Below are positions 57,658 through 64,000 of a stretch of DNA of 64,000 bases, in pieces; position 1 is the stretch's first letter, and every line of letters begins with the position of its first letter. The position numbers were made by a program, and so were the translations under genes. The stretch comes from a virus, in IMG/VR virus record IMGVR_UViG_3300019752_000001. One strand, given 5' to 3'. The notes under the pieces are model-generated. The model saw nothing but the letters and a program-made list of their open reading frames with translations. It did no database searches and was not told the DNA's origin.

Positions 57658-57858
57658 TCAGTGAGCTTCAATCAACCTCTTAATATCTCGGTAAGCCTCT
57701 TGATGCCCAACCTTCACACCATACTCATAAGAGTCATCAAGGTTTCCATTATCCCAATGATCTACCTCAAAGTCAAAGTTATCATTAATAAGGTTGTCTA
57801 GTGAGTCGAGTAGTTCTTGCATCTTGTTATCCATTGTAGTCACCATCTCCTGTTTCAA
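57658..57858 (-). CDS. hypothetical protein
   Basis: ORF track; AGGAG RBS; promoter. Confidence 0.65.
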   Translation of the reverse strand: MKQEMVTTMDNKMQELLDSLDNLINDNFDFEVDHWDNGNLDDSYEYGVKVGHQEAYRDIKRLIEAH

Positions 57859-57874
57859 AAATTAAACATTCCCT

Positions 57875-57903
57875 ATTATAAACCTAGCAGTCTGCATAGT
57901 CAA
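57875..57903 (-). promoter_or_regulatory. sigma70-like promoter facing the cassette array and tRNA cluster
   Basis: TTGACT-N17-TATAAT. Confidence 0.7.
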
Positions 57904-58187
57904 CAGAGGAAGGTTTCATTTGTTAAGATCTTTATTAGCGATCACCTCATTCACTGCAGACATCACGTTTATGTAACTTCCAGCCCACCACAGAGGACTA
58001 GTGTAAGACTTGTACATCTTGTGGTAAAGGGAGGGTGTAAACATATTCTTCTCCTTGTACTGTTTAGTATGTCTTAGAGCTTCTGTAAGCCGTCTAGGAG
58101 AGGCGTTACCTTATAGGTATACAATCACACTACCTGCTTAGTAAAACCTCTCCTAGTCGCGTTTAACTCCTGTGTAGTAAGGAGCTC

Positions 58188-58802
58188 TTATGCTTCTTCC
58201 TGCTCAAGCTTAGTCAGTTCCTTCTGAAGCTTCTTGATAGCCTTTTTCAGCTTCTTACGCTTACGGGATGGAGAAGGAGATTGTGTAGTAGCCTCTTTCT
58301 CTTCTTTTACAAGCTCCCATGAGCATACAGCTGCAGGGATTGGGTCTGAGAAGGAGAGGATTAGTTCTGGTAGTTTTCTATCAATGTATCTCTCTTTATT
58401 CTTATGATAAAGTACCTTGTGTTGCTTATCTATAGACAAAAACTTCTCAGAAAGCATCTCTTCTGTTAAATCTTCACTACTTTGCCACTTACAACCATTA
58501 TCCTTCAACCATTGACGCACCTCAGGACGATCCCCACAGGACAACTTAAAAGGTGTTTGTGGGAATGACTGTGTAGGGTTGTTCATTGTATTGTCCTCTG
58601 GTAGTTGTGTTAGTCGTTTTTCGAAACTCAAAAGGTGGGATTCTCCTTCTTTTGAGATAAAATGTATCCACTTTCTGTTGTCATCACGTTCAACCTTTAC
58701 TTTATCTCCTAAGAAGAAATTTTTGTAGTATGCGCTTACAACCGTAAACACTCCTTTTGGGTCAAACCCTTCATCTTCACACCACTTCTCAAACTTAGTC
58801 AT
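58188..58802 (-). CDS. hypothetical protein sharing a domain with 24647-25303
   Basis: PFKLSCGDRPEVRQWL...GCKW. Confidence 0.7.
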   Translation of the reverse strand: MTKFEKWCEDEGFDPKGVFTVVSAYYKNFFLGDKVKVERDDNRKWIHFISKEGESHLLSFEKRLTQLPEDNTMNNPTQSFPQTPFKLSCGDRPEVRQWLKDNGCKWQSSEDLTEEMLSEKFLSIDKQHKVLYHKNKERYIDRKLPELILSFSDPIPAAVCSWELVKEEKEATTQSPSPSRKRKKLKKAIKKLQKELTKLEQEEA

Positions 58803-58889
58803 CTGTATTCTCCTTGGTTATGTAACGGTAGCAACAAGAGCATTATTGCATAGGCTAACCACCTAATCAACACCCTGTATAAAGATTTC

Positions 58890-59375
58890 TTATGATATTT
58901 CCTTCTCTTCATCTTCTCCATTCTTACCTTCCCAATAAGCTGTAGAACCAAGTTCAACAACCGCTGTGTAATAAGACCATGCTATACGTCTACGCACATA
59001 GGTAGTTAACCGATAACTATCCTTTTCAGCCTGGATGATACGTAGCATATTATTAAGAAACACTCGGTCAGCTTCTTCCTTATCCTTGTATGTAACACCT
59101 ACCAAGTACATGTAGTCGTGTATATTCCCAGCTTCAGACATATCCAGACCGAGAAAGGTGTTTGGAATAAACGGACTAAGAAGGCTATCCTTAGCCCCCA
59201 TACCATTACATACTACAGACTTCTCCTCTTCAGACATTTCCCAATATCCGACAGGGGCATACAGCTTAGTGCAAGGGCTTAATCCGTCCTTATTTAAATT
59301 TAACAAACTATTCACTCCTCTATAACCAATAACGTTTATTATTACTACGTCTATACTTTGTCTTGCTTGTTGCAT
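58890..59375 (-). CDS. prokaryotic phospholipase A2-like fold protein (start uncertain)
   Basis: CNG.G...IHDYMY...K.EAD..FL.NM...YY.AV...G. Confidence 0.55.
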   Translation of the reverse strand: MQQARQSIDVVIINVIGYRGVNSLLNLNKDGLSPCTKLYAPVGYWEMSEEEKSVVCNGMGAKDSLLSPFIPNTFLGLDMSEAGNIHDYMYLVGVTYKDKEEADRVFLNNMLRIIQAEKDSYRLTTYVRRRIAWSYYTAVVELGSTAYWEGKNGEDEEKEIS

Positions 59376-59484
59376 TAGTTATTTCAGTGTGCTCACCAAC
59401 ATGCCTGACAACACCATTCTTCTTACCTGAACGGCTACGTTCCTTGTTAAGCCACTGCCGAGTACTCTTATCAGCTTTCATGGG

Positions 59485-60138
59485 TTATTCCTGCCCGTCC
59501 TGCTCAACACAATCTTCTATAGTATGTAGCTTCTCAACAACACTGTCAAACCTTGCACTAATACCTTGAGGACTTAATGCTGTAATATTGCAAGCAGCTA
59601 CCTCATACATAAACGAACTAATCTCCCAAGCAGTTGCAGTAGGAAACCTGTCCACATACATCTTCTCAATCTCCATCAGACAATAATGAAGTGTTTCAGC
59701 AGCACTAAATAGCGTCTGTTTAGACACCTCGCAGTTGTGTACATCAACCCATTCAGGTACGTACAAAACTCTTTCTCCACGCTTCTTACCAAGGGCTGTG
59801 GCCTTCCTCTTGATAGTGTTCTTGTCCTTCTGAGACAAGGCCAGTTCATGCTTCTGTGTTGTGTCATCAAAGACTGTTCCAAAGATGCTGTAATACACCT
59901 CAATAATCTCTGATGGTTTCACTCCACAACTTCTGATAGCTAACTCACAAACTTGTGTTGCAGCTTTGTCTATGGCAGTTTCTTCCATAACAACTCCTTT
60001 ACATACACGTTTAACCCACCAATCAGTGGCTCCGTATTCTAGCAATTCTTCAAGTATAACCTTGTAAGATTTACCAGATTTCCTCAACTCAATAGCTTTA
60101 TCTTCTACCTCAACAGGCAGCACTAGTGGCTTGCTCAT
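59485..60138 (-). CDS. N-terminal HTH protein
   Basis: KAIELRKSGKSYK.I pattern; start moved to MSKPLV. Confidence 0.6.
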   Translation of the reverse strand: MSKPLVLPVEVEDKAIELRKSGKSYKVILEELLEYGATDWWVKRVCKGVVMEETAIDKAATQVCELAIRSCGVKPSEIIEVYYSIFGTVFDDTTQKHELALSQKDKNTIKRKATALGKKRGERVLYVPEWVDVHNCEVSKQTLFSAAETLHYCLMEIEKMYVDRFPTATAWEISSFMYEVAACNITALSPQGISARFDSVVEKLHTIEDCVEQDGQE

Positions 60139-60794
60139 GGCAGTGTCCTTATTTTCAGTTTTAAAGGTATTTACAACACCAACTACATAGATACTTCTAA
60201 ACACTCTCCGAAAATTACCTTAAATATATATAGAGTAAAGATGGGAGAGTGTACATGAAAACAATGTGTAAATATTGCAGTCAGCACTACTGTGTAGTTT
60301 TTGTGTAGCAACTATCCCGTAGGGATGAACACATACACAGATTGACATAGATCCTGTACAGACAACCTAATAGTAACACACATAACAAAAAGAGCAAACA
60401 TAAAATCACATATTAAGTAGACGTTTTAGTAGCTTGTTCAAGGTGTTAATTTTAACTTGTCTTTTGTTATTACTTGTTGTTTGTACAGTGGAGACTAAGT
60501 AGCTTGTTAAGTGTCTATGTAATCTATGATCCCGAAGGGATAGTTCCTACATAGTTGCTAACAAGACAACTTCATAGTCTACTCAAACCGAAAGAGGGTA
60601 ATAACAGTGGAACACAAAACCCTCTCTCCTTGTAAAAGAAGCTATTAAGCAACCACTTAGTTGTTGTAATAGGTGTCTGAGCTGTAAGCTCTACTACTAT
60701 TAAGGTGGCTAAGTAGTTGGCTCTTTCTTTTGATCTTATTCTTATTTCTCTTTTGTTCTTATATTATTCTTATAGTGGCGCATTTTGACACATA

Positions 60795-60847
60795 TATTGG
60801 TTGCATTTTGCAACCTATCCATCATTTATTGGTTGCATTTTGCAACC
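60795..60847. repeat. two 21-bp direct repeats, each palindromic (GGTTGCA-TTT-TGCAACC)
   Basis: TATTGGTTGCATTTTGCAACC at 60795 and 60827. Confidence 0.9.
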
Positions 60848-60850
60848 AAA

Positions 60851-61303
60851 CTAAAAAGGTAATGTGCATGTATCACACAGACAATCTTCCGTACCTGTAC
60901 AGCTAGACTCTAACGTAACCCCTTTCATGTCATGGTTAGTACCAAAGAAACTACTACTTCTCTCATTTGTAGTCCACTCCACTATCACATCCTCATAATA
61001 CTTTGTAGTATAACTGTTATTCTTTCCTTCACGGTTTACACTTATCAACCCTATTGATTCTAATTTAGTTACACTCCTGAGAACTGTCGCTTTGTTGATA
61101 CCGAGATCTATGGTCATCTGGTAGATAGTCATGTAAACCTTATTACAGCTTCTGTCCCAGCTTCTTAGGTATGAATACAATTCTTTATCGTTAGCAGTTA
61201 ATGAGACTAATGAGTCATTAATCCCTCTAACCTTAACCATTCTTCTAAAGCTATTGTAAATCTTTGTGAAGTTCTGGTCTTCCTCTTTTGTTACTCGTGC
61301 CAT
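60851..61303 (-). CDS. winged-HTH protein (replication-initiator N-term-like)
   Basis: LT..DK.LY.YL...LGINKATV.R....L...GLI. Confidence 0.7.
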   Translation of the reverse strand: MARVTKEEDQNFTKIYNSFRRMVKVRGINDSLVSLTANDKELYSYLRSWDRSCNKVYMTIYQMTIDLGINKATVLRSVTKLESIGLISVNREGKNNSYTTKYYEDVIVEWTTNERSSSFFGTNHDMKGVTLESSCTGTEDCLCDTCTLPF

Positions 61304-61457
61304 GTTGATCCTTAAAAAGTGTTGCTGAAATATCAGCTAAAGTGTTGGGATTATCTCTTAGAGCTTTAAGAAGAAATAGAATGAAAGCTTGTTGGCTTCT
61401 ACTTCCTCTATGTTCATCTATGAATCTAATGACTGAGGGTGGTAATTTTATATCCAT
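61251..61457 (-). CDS. small RHH-like protein, paralog of 5120-5338
   Basis: MDIKLP..V...IDEHRG..SQQAF. Confidence 0.55.
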   Translation of the reverse strand: MDIKLPPSVIRFIDEHRGSRSQQAFILFLLKALRDNPNTLADISATLFKDQHGTSNKRGRPELHKDLQ

Positions 61458-61521
61458 CGATGTACCCTTATCGTTTCGGTTTCATAGAATCTTACAACTA
61501 CTATTGTTGTTAGTCCACCTC

Positions 61522-61740
61522 TTATTTAAGTTTGAAGTAGTTCACATTACCTCCTCGTTTCTGCTTACTCATGTAGCCTTTCTTGACAAGTTCATTAGTG
61601 AACATTCTCATGTAAGGTCCATTACAATCCCAGAGAGAGATAAGCTCACTACTCTTCCATTCAGTTTCCTCAGCTTCTTCAAGAAGCTTTAAAAACCGGT
61701 ATTCACTATTTGACAAGTTTGTGTCTGCAGCTTTAATCAT
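61522..61740 (-). CDS. small winged-HTH protein
   Basis: LS.SEYRFL...ELVKKGY...R.G..NY. Confidence 0.6.
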   Translation of the reverse strand: MIKAADTNLSNSEYRFLKLLEEAEETEWKSSELISLWDCNGPYMRMFTNELVKKGYMSKQKRGGNVNYFKLK

Positions 61741-61774
61741 GTATCTTTCCTCGGAATGTTATTGGTGAATCCTT

Positions 61775-61836
61775 ATAGTACGGTGTAAATATATTATTGT
61801 CAACCACTTTACATACCTTTAAAGCTCTACTAAGAT
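61775..61836. promoter_or_regulatory. divergent sigma70 promoters at the strand switch
   Basis: minus TTGACA-N17-TACTAT; plus TTTACA-N17-TAAGAT. Confidence 0.65.
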
Positions 61837-61869
61837 ATCACTTCATTAATCACCTAACGAGGAACAATT

Positions 61870-62121
61870 ATGAAGATTATTGATAAAGCTGCGGTAGCTA
61901 TTGCAGTGTGTATAATTGGTAGTATTGGTGTTATGGCTATTGTTAAGGTGTTCACATACATAGTAGCTGACCTTGAAGAACGTCGTCGTAAGAACACTAC
62001 TATCCAATCCTCTGTAGGAACTCACCACAGCATTAAGTGTATTGATGGAGTGAACTACCTGACAAAAGTTGGCACTGTCAAGATAGACAAAGTAACTTTA
62101 CTCCCGGAGACTTGCGAATGA
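61870..62121 (+). CDS. single-TM hypothetical protein
   Basis: N-term TM, CIDGVNY motif. Confidence 0.7.
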   Translation: MKIIDKAAVAIAVCIIGSIGVMAIVKVFTYIVADLEERRRKNTTIQSSVGTHHSIKCIDGVNYLTKVGTVKIDKVTLLPETCE

Positions 62122-62328
62122 CTACACAACATACTACTCCACCTACAACTTCCTCTCCTACAGGCGACACTGAAGCGTCCTTCACAGACAACACCTCATT
62201 CACCTGTCCGTACAAACCTAGACAGAAGATTGATGTAGTGTATGTGTCAGCAGAAGGAACAAAACCTTTTCAGCACAATGGAATAATGGCTATGTTCTGT
62301 GACTTCTCAGAAACAGCTGAGAATGTTA

Positions 62329-62357
62329 TTGACAAGAGTCGTGTAAGTGTTTACTGT
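62329..62357 (+). promoter_or_regulatory. sigma70-like promoter
   Basis: TTGACA-N17-TACTGT. Confidence 0.55.
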
Positions 62358-62407
62358 TGAGTTACTTAAACAGGACAAATAGAAACTAACTAATAAGGAA
62401 AAATAAG

Positions 62408-62599
62408 ATGAACTCAATGGTGACAGGGTTTATTTGTGGATTAGTAGATGCCTACATGACAACTGCTATGGTGTCAGCAGAAACTCAGCGCAATATATCT
62501 ACTTATTGTGCTTCTGTTAATAGTTCAGTTGAAGCTAAGCAGGTTTGTAAACAAGATTTGAAAGGCATCACCAGTAAAGCTTGGAAAATGGAGAAATAA
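62408..62599 (+). CDS. hypothetical protein
   Basis: ORF track; AAGGA RBS. Confidence 0.6.
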   Translation: MNSMVTGFICGLVDAYMTTAMVSAETQRNISTYCASVNSSVEAKQVCKQDLKGITSKAWKMEK

Positions 62600-62600
62600 A

Positions 62601-62954
62601 ATGAAACCTGAAAACTATAACGCAAAAATTATTGATGAGCCTACATACTTCAATCATCTACTTCTAGAGAGTGAAGGCATCCGAGATGTGGTAAAGGCAA
62701 AGGACTTCGACCCAGATCATATGGAAGTTGTCCTCACTATTAATGGTGTACAGGTGTCTGTTCAAAACTTCAACAACCTTATGAGTGCTTGGGGTAGTCG
62801 AGTGGAAGCTCAGATAAAGAGAGAGGCTGATTACTTCGATAAGGAGGAGGCTGTAAAGGAGAAAGCATTATCCATGTTGAAGGATAAAATAGGAAATGCT
62901 TATGAGGTATTAAATATTATTGAAAATAGTACATATTTGTTGGAGGAAGATTGA
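62601..62954 (+). CDS. hypothetical protein
   Basis: ORF track. Confidence 0.7.
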   Translation: MKPENYNAKIIDEPTYFNHLLLESEGIRDVVKAKDFDPDHMEVVLTINGVQVSVQNFNNLMSAWGSRVEAQIKREADYFDKEEAVKEKALSMLKDKIGNAYEVLNIIENSTYLLEED

Positions 62955-63331
62955 TGAACGGACTGTTTACGCTGTATGAACACGAAGAGTTAGAGATCCG
63001 AAAGATAGTTGAAGATGCTATCGCCAACAACCAACCTAAAACTGAACTACACACGTACTTAGTAAGAAGCTTGCTATTCACTATTGACAACCTTCGTAGC
63101 CAGCTAACTCTTCCTGAAAAGGAACACTTCAACACGATCACAGGGGCACCTCTTCCTCCTGTTGGTGTGTGGCTACATATCAAGGATGAACGTACTAAGT
63201 TGTTTGGGGAAGGTAGCTTTAAAGCTAAACGAACTAAGCATGTTTCAGGCAGCAATCGAGGGAAGTGGGAGATGGAGCTGGAAAGCGGAGTTGTTGAGAT
63301 GATTGATGTTGTGGAGTGGGCACATGTGTAA
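62951..63331 (+). CDS. hypothetical protein
   Basis: ORF track. Confidence 0.7.
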   Translation: MMNGLFTLYEHEELEIRKIVEDAIANNQPKTELHTYLVRSLLFTIDNLRSQLTLPEKEHFNTITGAPLPPVGVWLHIKDERTKLFGEGSFKAKRTKHVSGSNRGKWEMELESGVVEMIDVVEWAHV

Positions 63332-63563
63332 TAAAGATAAAAGAGTTAATACTGTTCATGCAGAGATTGAATATCTCACAAGAGCAGAAATGTGTAATAA
63401 GGTTCACTCGGATATCTGCCCACCAGGTTGCAGCTCTGCTAACATGGACGATGAAAGTTGGAGGAAGTTTCTGCATGAATGTTTGGATGAGTGGCTTGAT
63501 ACATCAGACGGAACAGGAGGTTTTTACATCAAGCAAGAGGGTTATAAATTTGATTTTCAATAG
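63324..63563 (+). CDS. hypothetical protein
   Basis: start moved to MCNKDK. Confidence 0.6.
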   Translation: MCNKDKRVNTVHAEIEYLTRAEMCNKVHSDICPPGCSSANMDDESWRKFLHECLDEWLDTSDGTGGFYIKQEGYKFDFQ

Positions 63564-63574
63564 GAGAGATTCAT

Positions 63575-63874
63575 ATGTTTAAATGGTTATTTGGTGGGTA
63601 CGAAACCAACAAAGAAGAAGAAGAGGTTGACACACAAACCATTAGAGGTTATGTACAAGTTAGTAAGACAATTTGCCCTTACATGGGGTGTGTTAGCTAC
63701 AAGAGTAGAAGCCTAGTTAGTGAGTACAATGGAATATTCATATCTATCACGACTGACTGGGCAGAAATAACAAAGGAGCAATATGATAGCTTCTTGTTTG
63801 TTTATGGTGGAGAGATAACTAAAAAAGTAGATTTGCTTAGTTTTTCTTTCAAGGAGGTTGAGAGCGATGTGTGA
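63575..63874 (+). CDS. hypothetical protein
   Basis: ORF track; AGGAG RBS. Confidence 0.65.
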   Translation: MFKWLFGGYETNKEEEEVDTQTIRGYVQVSKTICPYMGCVSYKSRSLVSEYNGIFISITTDWAEITKEQYDSFLFVYGGEITKKVDLLSFSFKEVESDV

Positions 63875-64000
63875 TGTAATTGAAGAGATAATGAAGAAGA
63901 AGTGTGAATGGTATATGAATAACAATCCAGGATCTTCAACAAACCCTGTGTATGTTTATCTAGGATACGATACTTACTATCTCCTTAAAGCTCAAATTAA

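Noticed and set aside
57943-62203. Shared 12-mer CACCTCATTCAC near two promoters
   Set aside because: Only two copies with inconsistent orientation relative to the promoters; may be chance.
1-64000. Prophage or temperate lifestyle
   Set aside because: No integrase, repressor or host flanking genes in the window; cannot be excluded outside it.

Overview
A 64-kb segment of a large AT-rich dsDNA myovirus with no integrase or repressor in view, probably infecting a marine gammaproteobacterium such as Vibrio (host is an inference). Left arm (1-22.7 kb, minus strand, sigma70-type promoters): many small accessory ORFs plus metabolic or counter-defence genes. These include a CoaD+CoaE pair, a compact family-A/T7-RNAP-like palm polymerase, an RlmN/Cfr-family radical SAM methylase, a metallophosphoesterase, a PIF1 helicase, a macrodomain protein and a Prs-like + Nampt-like pair (NARP1-type NAD+ rebuilding). 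Middle (22.8-35.5 kb, plus strand): GHKL ATPase, T7-like primase-helicase, PolA and SSB. Right (35.6-54 kb, minus strand): contractile-tail module (neck, sheath, tube, -1 frameshifted chaperone, tape measure, baseplate, fibres) and an M15 endolysin. Then two canonical tRNAs, two D-arm-less 8/4 tRNA-like RNAs with Arg anticodons, an integrase-less array of integron attC sites and cassettes (55.3-57.6 kb), and a long structured non-coding region (60.2-60.85 kb). Strongest candidates for new biology: (1) integron cassettes captured by a lytic phage, (2) the non-canonical Arg tRNA-like RNA pair, (3) CoaD-CoaE as a possible CoA-rebuilding counterpart of NARP1. The first ~1.2 kb contains several indels and stops that may be sequencing errors. 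All protein calls come from motif recognition by eye; no database searches were run.
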